DNA from: a bacterium | Lineage (GTDB): Bacteria; Patescibacteriota; Patescibacteriia; JAGPKW01 | Length of the DNA: 50,427 nt | Assembly (NCBI GenBank): GCA_021780535.1 | Contig: JAJXYN010000004.1 | Location: 1-50,427 of the forward strand | Direction: 5' to 3' | Shown here: piece by piece, positions 39,530 through 50,001 of the stretch | How the letters are laid out: each line of letters opens with the position of its first letter | Position numbering within the stretch: the stretch's first letter is position 1 | Notes under the pieces: generated by a model | Database searches by the model: none | What the model was told of the DNA's origin: nothing | Seen by the model: only the letters and a program-made list of their open reading frames with translations | Translations under genes and position numbers: made by a program

Positions 39530-41989
39530 ATGTTGGTATCATTGGATATATTAAAAAAATTTGTTGATCTTGAAGGTGTTGATCCTAAAGAAATTGCTGA
39601 TAAAATTACTGAGCATTCTTTTGAGGTTGATAATTGTTTAAATAAAGCTTCTGCATTTTCTAATATTGTTGTTGGTAAAATATCAAAAGTTGAAAATCAT
39701 CCTACTGCTGATAAGCTTAGAATTTGTGATGTTGTTATTTCTAAAACTGGTGGATTACTTAATAAAAAAGAAAAAACAGTGAAAATTGTTTGTGGTGGAA
39801 CGAACCTTGAAAAAGGAATGTTTGTTGTTGTGGCTCTTCCTGGATCTTTTGTTAAATGGCACGGAGAAGGTGAATTGGTAGAAATTAAAGAAACTGAACT
39901 TCGTGGAGTTTCTAGTTATGGTATGATTTGTGCAAGTGACGAAATTGATTTATCTGATATTTTTCCTTCAAAATCAGAAAAAGAAATTATTGATTTATCA
40001 TTGTTTAAAAATAAAATAAAAGAAGAAATTAAAATTGGAGAAAATATTGCTAATTTATTAAAACTTAATGACGTTTCTTTTGATATTGATAATATTGCTG
40101 TTACTCATAGGCCTGATTTATGGGGTCATTATGGTATTGCTAGAGAACTTTCCGTTATTTATAAAAAAGATTTGAAACCTTTAGAATTGGATGATTTATC
40201 AAATACTACGCACACGCAACTAAAAATTGAAATTTTAAATGATTCTATTTGTAAAAATTATAATGCTGTTAAAATTAATAATATAAAAATAGAACAATCT
40301 CCAGAATGGCTTGCTAGTGCTATGATTTCTACTGGACATAATTCTATTAATAATATAGTAGATCTTACAAACTATATTATGATTGAATTGGGACAACCAT
40401 TGCATGCTTTTGATGCATCAAAAATTTCTAATAAAATATTTGTTAGAGATGGTAAGGTTGGAGAAAAAATAAAAACTTTAGACGGTAGAGAAGTTGAGCT
40501 TGATGAATCTGTTTTGATTATATCTGATTCTATAAGACCAATAGGTATTGCTGGTGTTATGGGCGGTTTTGAATCTTGTATATCTGATTCTACTAATTCT
40601 ATAGTTATAGAATCTGCAAATTTTGATGGTATTTCTATTAGAAAAACTATGCAAAAAATGGGCATTAGAACAGATGCTGGAGTTAGGTATGAAAAACAAA
40701 TAGACCCAGAATTTGCAAATATTGCACTTGCTAGATTTATTTTCTTATTAAAACAAATTTGTCCTAAGGTTGTTGTAGAAAGTGTTCAAAAACATTCTAA
40801 TTATAACAATTCTCAAAAAACTATTTCTATAAGTTTTGATTTTGTGAGATCTAGGATTGGTGTTGATATTCCTAATTTAGAAATAATTTCTATATTAAAA
40901 AAATTGGGCTTTGGTGTTAATGAATTTGAAGATGATTTTATTAATGTTGATATTCCTTACTTTAGAAATAAAGATATAAATATTAAAGAGGATTTAATTG
41001 AAGAAATAGCGCGTATTTATGGATATAATAATATAACTCCTGCACGTCTTTTGCCTTCTTTTGATATTGGTAGAGATAATGGGCTTAGAAAATTTGAAAG
41101 AAGAATAAAAGATATAATGATTGATAATGGATTTTCTGAAGTTTTGAATTATTCTTTTATTTCTGGTAATGATCAAAAAGAATTTGATTTTAATGATAAT
41201 GAGGTTATAAAATTATTGAATTCATTATCTGTTGATCAGGATAGAATGAGACCTATTTTAGCTATTAATTTATTGAAAAATATAAAAAGTAATTTAAAAA
41301 ATGTTGATAATATAAAAATATTTGAAATAGAAAGAATATTTAAAGCAGATGCTGTATCTGATAAATTTAGCGAACTGCCTTTCCAAAATTATCATTTCTC
41401 AGCCTTTTTAACTGAAAATGGTAATAATATTCCTTTTTATAATTTAAAAAATTATTTAGAAAAAATATTTTCTTTATTTAAACTAGATATTGAATATGGC
41501 GTTATGGATGAAGTTGTTCCTGCTTATTGCCATTCTGCTAGATTTGCTAAAATATTTTCAAATGAAATAGATGTTGGATTTATTTCTGAAATAAACCCAA
41601 TGTTAACTTTGAAAGATAAGATAAAACAAAGAATTTCTTTTTTTGAGATTGACTTTGAAAAACTTTATGAATCTTGTAAAGAAAAAATTAATTATGAATC
41701 TATTTCTAAATTTCAAGGTTCATACATGGATATTAGCATGATTATTAATAAGAATATTTTGTGGCAAAATATTAAAAATGACGTATTAAATATTTCTCCT
41801 TTTATAGCAGAAGTAGAATTATTTGATGTATATGAAGGTGAAAATATTGGCGATGATAAAATTTCATTAGCGTTTAAAATATCTTTAATAGATAAAGAAA
41901 AAACTATAACAAGTACTATTATAGAAAATACTTATAAGAATATTGTGGATGTTCTAAAAAATAAATTTAATGCAGAAATAAGGCAATAA
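39530..41989 (+). CDS. pheT: Phenylalanine--tRNA ligase beta subunit
   Basis: It has an N-terminal tRNA-binding OB domain (HPTADKLRICDV), B3/4 and B5 regions and a C-terminal FDX-ACB-like domain. It follows pheS by 9 nt. Confidence 0.9.
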   Translation: MLVSLDILKKFVDLEGVDPKEIADKITEHSFEVDNCLNKASAFSNIVVGKISKVENHPTADKLRICDVVISKTGGLLNKKEKTVKIVCGGTNLEKGMFVVVALPGSFVKWHGEGELVEIKETELRGVSSYGMICASDEIDLSDIFPSKSEKEIIDLSLFKNKIKEEIKIGENIANLLKLNDVSFDIDNIAVTHRPDLWGHYGIARELSVIYKKDLKPLELDDLSNTTHTQLKIEILNDSICKNYNAVKINNIKIEQSPEWLASAMISTGHNSINNIVDLTNYIMIELGQPLHAFDASKISNKIFVRDGKVGEKIKTLDGREVELDESVLIISDSIRPIGIAGVMGGFESCISDSTNSIVIESANFDGISIRKTMQKMGIRTDAGVRYEKQIDPEFANIALARFIFLLKQICPKVVVESVQKHSNYNNSQKTISISFDFVRSRIGVDIPNLEIISILKKLGFGVNEFEDDFINVDIPYFRNKDINIKEDLIEEIARIYGYNNITPARLLPSFDIGRDNGLRKFERRIKDIMIDNGFSEVLNYSFISGNDQKEFDFNDNEVIKLLNSLSVDQDRMRPILAINLLKNIKSNLKNVDNIKIFEIERIFKADAVSDKFSELPFQNYHFSAFLTENGNNIPFYNLKNYLEKIFSLFKLDIEYGVMDEVVPAYCHSARFAKIFSNEIDVGFISEINPMLTLKDKIKQRISFFEIDFEKLYESCKEKINYESISKFQGSYMDISMIINKNILWQNIKNDVLNISPFIAEVELFDVYEGENIGDDKISLAFKISLIDKEKTITSTIIENTYKNIVDVLKNKFNAEIRQ

Positions 41990-41995
41990 TATAAG

Positions 41996-42028
41996 AAAAC
42001 AAGATGTTAAAAAATGTCTTGTTTTTTT
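41996..42028 (+). terminator. Rho-independent terminator after pheT
   Basis: AAAACAAGAT / GTCTTGTTTT stem followed by a T-run. Confidence 0.65.
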
Positions 42029-42078
42029 GTTTGTTTTGTGATATAAATATTAAATCTTAGTTCCTGGGAGGGATATTT

Positions 42079-42501
42079 ATGGCATTGGATGTTACTGTTA
42101 CATGCGAAGACCTGATCACTTTGGCTGAGGCCATGGGCTATGATCCGAACAATATCTATGACCCATATAAAAAAGTGCGCGATCTTCTTGCGAAGCATAG
42201 CGGGCTTCTGTATTACAAAAATAAAAATTTTTTTTACAAGCAATCAGAAGACAAAAAATCAATCGTGATTGCATCGCCTTGCCTGTCGGAATTTGAGATA
42301 GAATCTTTTGTCCTAATGAAATTTGAGGTATTAGACAATGGAATTGTTAAAATATCCTTTGATGATAATGATGGTCAAAGGATTGAGAGCTATTCTTGGC
42401 ATGACAAGGATCTTGCTCTCGCTATGGAATACTACGGTATATCCATAAGTGTTTTTAACAATATTGTCATTGGGTTTCGGCTAGATTTTTTAGAGATCTA
42501 A
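42079..42501 (+). CDS. Cytoplasmic hypothetical protein in a higher-GC island
   Basis: A strong SD (GGGAGGG) lies 6 nt upstream of the ATG, and the gene has its own terminator. G+C is clearly above the flanks. I recognise no motif. Confidence 0.6.
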   Translation: MALDVTVTCEDLITLAEAMGYDPNNIYDPYKKVRDLLAKHSGLLYYKNKNFFYKQSEDKKSIVIASPCLSEFEIESFVLMKFEVLDNGIVKISFDDNDGQRIESYSWHDKDLALAMEYYGISISVFNNIVIGFRLDFLEI

Positions 42502-42516
42502 CCAAACCTAATACAT

Positions 42517-42556
42517 AGCTCCTGATGGTTGATTCCACGGGAGCTTTTTTATTTTT
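42517..42556 (+). terminator. Rho-independent terminator
   Basis: AGCTCC ... GGAGCT stem followed by TTTTTTATTTTT. Confidence 0.7.
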
Positions 42557-42589
42557 ACTTGTGTATAAAGGCTTTATTAAATTTGTTAT

Positions 42590-42772
42590 ATGCTGTAAAA
42601 TACCACAGAACAATCAAATTTTAAAACTGAAAAATTCAAATTTAAAAACAATTTTAAATTTTAAAATCTAAATTTTAAAACTTTAATTATTTGCGTTTTG
42701 TTTTTAAATTTAAAATTTATATGTTTTAAAATTGTTTTGGATTTTTAAATTTTAAATTTTAAATTTCTGATT
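42590..42772. repeat. About 180 nt of AAATTTTAAA-type palindromic repeats immediately upstream of gyrB
   Basis: Many copies and variants of AAATTTTAAA / TTTAAATTT form a large imperfect dyad, for example AAAACAATTTTAAA on both arms. The array ends with TTTTTAAATTTTAAATTTTAAATTT just before the gyrB ATG. Confidence 0.7.
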
Positions 42773-44704
42773 ATGTCTGATGAATTAGATAAAAAAAATA
42801 ATGATAAATATGACGCTTCGTCAATCCAAGTATTAGAAGGTTTGGAACCGGTTAGAAAAAGACCCGGCATGTATATTGGTAATACTGCTGGTGAAGGGTT
42901 ACATCATTTAATTTGGGAAATAGTTGATAACTCTATTGATGAGGCTATTGCTGGTCATTGTAATAAAATAGACGTTACATTACAAAGTGATGGTTATGTT
43001 GCTATTTCTGATAATGGTAGAGGTATTCCTACGGAAAAACATCCTAAGACTGGTAAATCTACCCTTGAAACTGTGTTAACAGTTCTTCATGCTGGAGGAA
43101 AATTTGAAAGAGGTGCTGGATATAAAGTCGCTGGTGGTCTTCATGGTGTTGGAGCTTCTGTTGTTAATGCTTTATCTACTCATTTAAAAGCTATTTCTTG
43201 CTTTAATGGTAAAGAATATGAGCAAGAATTTCATATTGGTGTTCCTGCTTATGATGCTAAAGAAGTTGGCAAAACTGATAAACATGGTACTACTATTATC
43301 TTTAAACCAGATAATACAATATTTTCTACTACGGAGTTTAGGTTAAAAAAAATATTAGCTCATTTAAGGCAACAATGTTATCTTACAAAAAAAATAAGAA
43401 TGGTTGTTAATGATTTTAGAGACGAGGAAAATAAATATACTTATGAATTTTATTTTGAGGGTGGTATAAAATCTTATGTTAAGTATATGAATAGGAGTAA
43501 AATTGTTGTTCAAAATGAAAATTTTTATTTTGAAAAAGCTGCAGATGATATAAATGTTGAAGTTTCTTTGCAATATAGCGACGATTATGATGAGACTGTA
43601 TTAGCTTTTGCTAATAATATTTATAACCCAGAGGGCGGATCTCACGTTGTTGGTTTTAGAACTGGACTAACAAAAGTTATTAATACTTATGCAAGAGCAA
43701 GAGGATTTCTAAAAGAAAAAGAAGAAAATTTAACAGGTGATGACGTAAAAGAAGGCTTGACTGCTGTTGTTTCTGTTAAAATACCGGAACCACAATTTGA
43801 AGGACAAACAAAGGCTAAACTTGGAAATATTGAAGTAAAGGGTGTCGTTGATACTTTATTTAGGGAAGCCTTTACTATGTTTCTAGAAGAGCATCCAAAA
43901 GATGGGGAAGAAATAATAAAAAAATGTATTTTATCTTCTCAAGCTAGAAATGCAGCTCGTGCAGCTCGTGATACTATATTGAGAAAGAGCGCTATGGAGG
44001 GGTTTACTCTCCCTGGTAAACTTGCCGACTGTTCTTCTCGTAATGTTGAAGAAACTGAGTTATTTATAGTAGAGGGAGATTCTGCTGGAGGTTCTGCAAA
44101 ACAAGGTAGAGATAGAAAATTTCAAGCTATTTTACCTATGTGGGGTAAGATGATTAATGTGGAGAAAACTAGAATTGATAAGGTACTAAAATCAGAAAAA
44201 TTAATTCCTTTAATTATTGCTATAGGTACTAATGTTGGGGATAATTTTGATCTTACAAAACTAAGATATGGCAAAATTGTTTGTATGACTGATGCGGATG
44301 TTGATGGAGCTCATATTAACACATTGCTTTTGACTTTCTTTTTTAGATATTTTAGACCACTTATTGAACAGGGACATATATTTTTAGCGCAACCACCTTT
44401 ATATAAAGTGCAAGTTGGAAAAAATATAAAATATTTATATACTGATGATGAATTAACGGCAGAAATGCTCTCTCTTGGTGATCAAAAATTTGACATTCAA
44501 AGATATAAAGGTCTTGGAGAAATGAATCCAGAACAACTTTGGGAAACAACAATGAATCCTGAAACTAGACTTATTAAAAGAGTTGAACTTGAAGATGCTC
44601 AAAAGGCTGATACTGTATTTGATATGTTGATGGGATCAGAGGTTAGCCCTCGTAAGACTTTTATAGAAACACATGCAAAATCTGTTAAAAATTTAGACGT
44701 TTAA
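42773..44704 (+). CDS. gyrB: DNA gyrase subunit B
   Basis: Motifs seen are GLEPVRKRPGMYIG, GLHHLIWEIVDNSIDEA, the Toprim EGDSAGGSAKQGRDR, and PLYK. No gyrA follows. Confidence 0.95.
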   Translation: MSDELDKKNNDKYDASSIQVLEGLEPVRKRPGMYIGNTAGEGLHHLIWEIVDNSIDEAIAGHCNKIDVTLQSDGYVAISDNGRGIPTEKHPKTGKSTLETVLTVLHAGGKFERGAGYKVAGGLHGVGASVVNALSTHLKAISCFNGKEYEQEFHIGVPAYDAKEVGKTDKHGTTIIFKPDNTIFSTTEFRLKKILAHLRQQCYLTKKIRMVVNDFRDEENKYTYEFYFEGGIKSYVKYMNRSKIVVQNENFYFEKAADDINVEVSLQYSDDYDETVLAFANNIYNPEGGSHVVGFRTGLTKVINTYARARGFLKEKEENLTGDDVKEGLTAVVSVKIPEPQFEGQTKAKLGNIEVKGVVDTLFREAFTMFLEEHPKDGEEIIKKCILSSQARNAARAARDTILRKSAMEGFTLPGKLADCSSRNVEETELFIVEGDSAGGSAKQGRDRKFQAILPMWGKMINVEKTRIDKVLKSEKLIPLIIAIGTNVGDNFDLTKLRYGKIVCMTDADVDGAHINTLLLTFFFRYFRPLIEQGHIFLAQPPLYKVQVGKNIKYLYTDDELTAEMLSLGDQKFDIQRYKGLGEMNPEQLWETTMNPETRLIKRVELEDAQKADTVFDMLMGSEVSPRKTFIETHAKSVKNLDV

Positions 44705-44725
44705 GTTTAAAATATGCAATTAAAT

Positions 44726-44755
44726 AAAAAATCATCTAAAATTAGGTGATTTTTT
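44726..44755 (+). terminator. Rho-independent terminator after gyrB
   Basis: AAAAAATCATC / GGTGATTTTTT stem with one G-T pair, followed by a T-run. Confidence 0.6.
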
Positions 44756-44806
44756 ATTTAATATAAAATGTGGAAAACTTTATATCCCGGTTGTGCCATG
44801 GGGCTA

Positions 44807-44835
44807 TTGACTTATTTTTATGTTTTGTATATAAT
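44807..44835 (+). promoter_or_regulatory. Near-consensus sigma-70 promoter of the 16S rRNA gene
   Basis: TTGACT (44807-44812), a 17-nt spacer, then TATAAT (44830-44835). It lies about 130 nt upstream of the mature 16S 5' end. Confidence 0.7.
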
Positions 44836-44843
44836 GTATTTAC

Positions 44844-44890
44844 GTTGAATTTTTGGAAAGCAACTTTACAACTTAATAAATGGTAGAGAG
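44844..44890 (+). other. 5' arm of the 16S precursor processing stem (RNase III-type)
   Basis: GTTGAATTT[13-nt bulge]TTACAACTTAATAAATGGTAGAGAG is complementary to 46551-46582 (CTCTCTACCATTTATTAGGTTGTAAATTCAAC), with one G-U position. Confidence 0.75.
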
Positions 44891-44962
44891 AATTTTGTGT
44901 ACAATACAAATGCAAAATTGGTAAGAAAGTCAATTTCTTTTACATTATATGTAAATTCATTT

Positions 44963-46445
<1,483 letters not shown>

Positions 46446-46550
46446 TAGGGAGATAAATCGTTTCACTTTTTGGTGAAACACTAGTCGACATCAAAACGGT
46501 ATATCGCAAGATAGACCCTTGATGGTTTTTTAAGAATTTTCTTATCTTTA

Positions 46551-46582
46551 CTCTCTACCATTTATTAGGTTGTAAATTCAAC
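46551..46582 (+). other. 3' arm of the 16S processing stem
   Basis: This arm is the complement of 44844-44890, as described for that feature. Confidence 0.75.
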
Positions 46583-46585
46583 ACT

Positions 46586-46623
46586 AAAAATACATCTTTT
46601 GTTAGATGTATTTTTTGTTTTTT
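46586..46623 (+). terminator. Rho-independent terminator of the 16S transcription unit
   Basis: AAAAATACATCT / AGATGTATTTTT is a 12-bp stem with loop TTTGTT and a long T-run. Confidence 0.8.
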
Positions 46624-46691
46624 AAAATAAGTTGTTTTTTTTATATTTTTGTGTTATTTTGAATAAAATTTCTTTATTGGAGGTGCTTAAT

Positions 46692-47222
46692 ATGAAACGT
46701 TTCTTGTTTGTTTTTTTTGTTTTTTTCTTGTTTGTGTCTTTTGTTTTTGCGCAGGATGATAAACCTTTTGCGAGATCTACTTTACCGCCGGATAATTTAA
46801 AAGATGTTTTCTTGGAAGTTACAGATGTGCATTTTGTTCTTTATTATGATGCATATATTCGTAATTCCGATGGGGTTGTTTATAAAAAGTTTGCAGAGGC
46901 ATTTTATGATATTAGTGTCCCTAGAACTGTAAATTTTAATGATATTGATAAAAACAGTCTTATTGGGACACTAAAGGCTGTTGACCCGTCTTCATTAAGG
47001 ATTTGGATAAAAAGCAAAGATAAAATTGAACCTTATACTATTTCTGGTCCTAAAATTACAACAAATGAAGGACCTGATGCGAATAGATTGTATTTGAGGA
47101 TTATTGGGTTGCCGGAAAATTTCTATAGATTAATTGTTATAGCTAATTATAGTGTCCAAGGACAGTCTGCTATTAGGGTTTTAACACTTAGCGTTACTCA
47201 TCCTATTGAGGATAAAAAATGA
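46692..47222 (+). CDS. Secreted protein of unknown function
   Basis: The start was moved to the ATG at 46692, which is preceded by GGAGG 7 nt upstream. The signal peptide is MKRFLFVFFVFFLFVSFVFAQ. The gene ends in TGA and overlaps the next ATG (ATGA). Confidence 0.65.
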   Translation: MKRFLFVFFVFFLFVSFVFAQDDKPFARSTLPPDNLKDVFLEVTDVHFVLYYDAYIRNSDGVVYKKFAEAFYDISVPRTVNFNDIDKNSLIGTLKAVDPSSLRIWIKSKDKIEPYTISGPKITTNEGPDANRLYLRIIGLPENFYRLIVIANYSVQGQSAIRVLTLSVTHPIEDKK

Positions 47223-47758
47223 AGAAGTTTATTTTCTTAGACTTGTTATTTTTCATTTATATTTGTGTTTTTGCGGAATCTTTTCAAGTTCCTTTTGTAA
47301 ATTTGCCGAAAACATCAGAGGATAAGAATGTAGAATTTGTTAAGGTTTTAGATAAAAAATATAATACATTGCAAGATGGAAGAACATATATAGATTATAT
47401 AATTTTTGTTTCTAAAAATAATATTAAAGATTTATTTGTTGAAAATATATTTAATAATAATTATGTTTTTTACGTTAACGATAATGATTTAGGGCGATTA
47501 TCAAATCAGAAAGAAAGAAATGATGTAATCTTTTCTGTTACAAAAGATATAGATGGGAATTTTATCATGGTTTTAAAAAATTTATCAAATAAAGTTTTTC
47601 GTTTAGATATTGATGTGGGTGTAGTTTTTAAAGGAATAAAGTTGACTACTATTTTGGAATTAATGGATTATGAAGCTTTTCCTAGTAAACCGGTTAATGA
47701 ATCTTCTTTTTTTGATAAAAAAGATTTTTCTATTGGAAAAATGATTATTATAGAATGA
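47219..47758 (+). CDS. Secreted protein of unknown function, translationally coupled to the preceding gene
   Basis: It has a signal-peptide-like N-terminus, a GAGGA 6 nt upstream of the ATG, a 4-nt overlap with the previous gene and a TGA stop. Confidence 0.6.
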   Translation: MKKFIFLDLLFFIYICVFAESFQVPFVNLPKTSEDKNVEFVKVLDKKYNTLQDGRTYIDYIIFVSKNNIKDLFVENIFNNNYVFYVNDNDLGRLSNQKERNDVIFSVTKDIDGNFIMVLKNLSNKVFRLDIDVGVVFKGIKLTTILELMDYEAFPSKPVNESSFFDKKDFSIGKMIIIE

Positions 47759-47770
47759 CAAAAAAGTTGT

Positions 47771-47804
47771 GCCAAGCTATTTTTTAAAATGCTTGGCTTT
47801 TTTT
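47771..47804 (+). terminator. Rho-independent terminator
   Basis: GCCAAGC / GCTTGGC stem followed by TTTTTTT. Confidence 0.75.
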
Positions 47805-47873
47805 ATAGACAATAATGCTTTTGTGTGTTATAATTTTTTTACTAATTAAAGACATTTTTTTAATATAAATTAC

Positions 47874-47971
47874 AAAATAAATTAATTATAATATTTTCTT
47901 TTCATGGTGTCCTGTCCAATTAATTTTAGAGGAGCTCACAAATAAATGAAAACATTACAACTAAATTTATT
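47874..47971 (+). repeat. Copy 2 of element X
   Basis: The arms AAAATAAATTAATTATAATATTTTC / GAAAACATTACAACTAAATTTATT flank the core TTTTCATGGTGTCCTGTCCAATTAATTTTAGAGGAGCTCACAAATAAAT. The element ends about 30 nt upstream of the RluA-family gene. Confidence 0.65.
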
Positions 47972-48000
47972 ATTTATAAAGATAATGAAAAATTATTACA

Positions 48001-48723
48001 ATGGAAGAAATATATAAAAAGGTTAAAATTATTCATGAAACTCCTGATTATTTAATAGTTTATAAACCTTACAATCTTACTGTTCATAAACCGAATGCTA
48101 ATTATCCATTTCCAACTTTGGCTGATTTTTTGGTCACTAAATATCCAGAAATTAAAAATGTTGGTGATGATCCTGTTTTACGTCCCGGCATTGTTCATAG
48201 ACTTGATAAGGAAACATCTGGCATTATGGTTGTTTGTAGAAATCAAGAAGCTTTTGAATATTTTAAGAGTTTGTTTAAAAAGAGAACTATTCATAAGAAA
48301 TATTATGTTTTGGTTCATGGCCAATTATTTAATGACCTAATTATTAATAAACCTATTGTTAGATCTAAAACCGACGGCTCTAAATTTTGTGTTTCTGTTG
48401 GAAAGACAGCTAGTGATAAGGCAAAACAAGCTATTACAAAAATAGAGGTTTTAAAAATTTATAAAGACTTTACACTTATTTCTGCAGAGCCAAAAACCGG
48501 AAGAACACACCAAATTAGAGTCCATTTACAATCTATTTCAAGAATAGTTGCTGGAGATGACTTTTATAAGCCAAAGAGGTTTAAAACTCCTAATAAACTA
48601 GGAAGATTGTTTTTACATGCATATTACTTGAAATTTAAAGATAAAAATGGAGATAAACAAGAATTTAAAATTGGTTTACCAAAGGATTTACATGATTTTT
48701 TGAAAACGTTGATAGAGAAATAA
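48001..48723 (+). CDS. RluA-family pseudouridine synthase, no N-terminal S4 domain
   Basis: GIVHRLDKETSGIMVV contains the catalytic Asp. TGRTHQIRVH and LHAY are also present. Confidence 0.85.
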   Translation: MEEIYKKVKIIHETPDYLIVYKPYNLTVHKPNANYPFPTLADFLVTKYPEIKNVGDDPVLRPGIVHRLDKETSGIMVVCRNQEAFEYFKSLFKKRTIHKKYYVLVHGQLFNDLIINKPIVRSKTDGSKFCVSVGKTASDKAKQAITKIEVLKIYKDFTLISAEPKTGRTHQIRVHLQSISRIVAGDDFYKPKRFKTPNKLGRLFLHAYYLKFKDKNGDKQEFKIGLPKDLHDFLKTLIEK

Positions 48724-48732
48724 ATTTTAATT

Positions 48733-49356
48733 ATGAATAAAAATATTATTACAATTTCTGGAAAACCGGGTTGTGGTAAATCAACTATTGCTAAAATATT
48801 ATCAAAAGAATTAAATTATAAACTCATTTCTTCTGGAGATAAATTTAGAGAAATAGCTCGTGAAAATGACTTAAATATTGTTGATTTTGTGTCTGAATAT
48901 TTACCAAAACACCCAGAAGTAGATATTGAGATTGATCAATATTTTATTGATTATGCTAAAAATAATAATAATTTAATTATTCCAACAAGAATAATTGGTC
49001 ATTTATTAGATTTAAATAAAATTAATAATTTTAAAGTTTATTTATACGCTGATTTTGATGTTAGGGTTTTAAGAATATCTAATAGAGAAAATGATATTAA
49101 TATAAATAATATAAAAAAAGATTTGGAAAAGAGAGAAGTGTCTGAATGTAATAATTTTATTAGACTTTATAACATTGACATAAATGATTTAACAATGTAT
49201 AATTTGGTGATATATACGCATTTTATACCTTCTAACCCTGGTTTGATACAAATTAGGTTTAATAACAAAGTAGAATATATAAAATCCGATAATACTCTAC
49301 CAGAAATTATATCTAGTATTATTATTGAGAAGTATAATGAATTTTTAGATAATTAA
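48733..49356 (+). CDS. P-loop nucleoside-monophosphate kinase, cytidylate-kinase-like (archaeal-type cmk family)
   Basis: The P-loop ITISGKPGCGKSTIAK sits at the N-terminus. The protein is 207 aa. The family assignment is tentative. Confidence 0.55.
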   Translation: MNKNIITISGKPGCGKSTIAKILSKELNYKLISSGDKFREIARENDLNIVDFVSEYLPKHPEVDIEIDQYFIDYAKNNNNLIIPTRIIGHLLDLNKINNFKVYLYADFDVRVLRISNRENDININNIKKDLEKREVSECNNFIRLYNIDINDLTMYNLVIYTHFIPSNPGLIQIRFNNKVEYIKSDNTLPEIISSIIIEKYNEFLDN

Positions 49357-49380
49357 TAAGCGATAGCGAATATAATTATC
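49348..49380 (-). repeat. Third, inverted copy of the conserved-loop hairpin seen at 27784-27816
   Basis: The minus strand reads GATAATTA-TATTCGCTATCGCTTAT-TAATTATC. The stem differs from GATAATAA/TTATTATC by a compensated pair, and the loop matches at 15 of 17 positions. The cmk-like stop codon lies in the stem. Confidence 0.65.
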
Positions 49381-49419
49381 TTATAATGAAATAAGAATCT
49401 AAATTTTAAGTAAAATTAA

Positions 49420-49929
49420 ATGTCAGAAGAAATCAAAAAATCATCCGATGCTGAAGCTATGGATGTAAAGGAAGAAACTACAGAAGTTGATAATAATGGA
49501 ACAACAAACGAAGTTGTTGATGTTGAAATTGATAAAGAAATAGAACAAGAAGCTGCAAAAGTTAATAATGTTGTTGAGGATATTAAGATTGATGAAAAAA
49601 GCAAAAAGATTATTAAAGCTGATGATATTAAGCCAGGAATGTATTTAAAAATTTACCAAAGAATCACAGAAAAAGGCTCTAAAGGTGAAGATAAATCAAG
49701 ATTACAAATGTTTGAGGGTTTGTGTCTTGCAAGAAAACATGGTAACCAAAACGGTGCTACATTTACTGTTAGAAAAGTTACAAAAACTGGTCATATAGTT
49801 GAAAAAATATATCCTATATTTTTGCCAACACTTGAAAAAATTGAATTATATAAAACATTTAGAACGGTAAAATCTAAATTGTATTTTGTAAGAAAACCTA
49901 ATGCTAGAAAATTAAAAGCTGCTAAATAA
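49420..49929 (+). CDS. rplS: 50S ribosomal protein L19 with a ~60-aa acidic N-terminal extension
   Basis: IKPGMYLKIYQRITEKGSKGEDKSRLQMFEGLCLARKHGNQNGATFTVRKV..G..VEKIYPIFLP matches the L19 core. The preceding 60 or so residues are rich in Glu, Asp, Val and Asn. Confidence 0.85.
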   Translation: MSEEIKKSSDAEAMDVKEETTEVDNNGTTNEVVDVEIDKEIEQEAAKVNNVVEDIKIDEKSKKIIKADDIKPGMYLKIYQRITEKGSKGEDKSRLQMFEGLCLARKHGNQNGATFTVRKVTKTGHIVEKIYPIFLPTLEKIELYKTFRTVKSKLYFVRKPNARKLKAAK

Positions 49930-49978
49930 AAAAATGAAGTAAGTGTTTTGCATATACGACACTTACTTCATTTTTATT
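49930..49978 (+). terminator. Rho-independent terminator after rplS
   Basis: AAAAATGAAGTAAGTGT / ACACTTACTTCATTTTT is a 17-bp stem with a T-run. Confidence 0.85.
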
Positions 49979-50001
49979 TGTTTTATTATATAATATAAGT
50001 T

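Noticed and set aside
42007-42243. A minus-strand 78-aa ORF overlaps the start of 42079-42501.
   Set aside because: It has no RBS and overlaps the pheT terminator. The + strand ORF has an SD and a terminator.
44705-44962. oriC or DnaA boxes between gyrB and the 16S, or upstream of gyrB.
   Set aside because: I saw no convincing TTATCCACA or TGTGGATAA matches (only weak look-alikes such as TGTGGAAAA at 44769-44777). There is no dnaA or dnaN. The 44.8-kb region is better explained as the rRNA promoter and leader.
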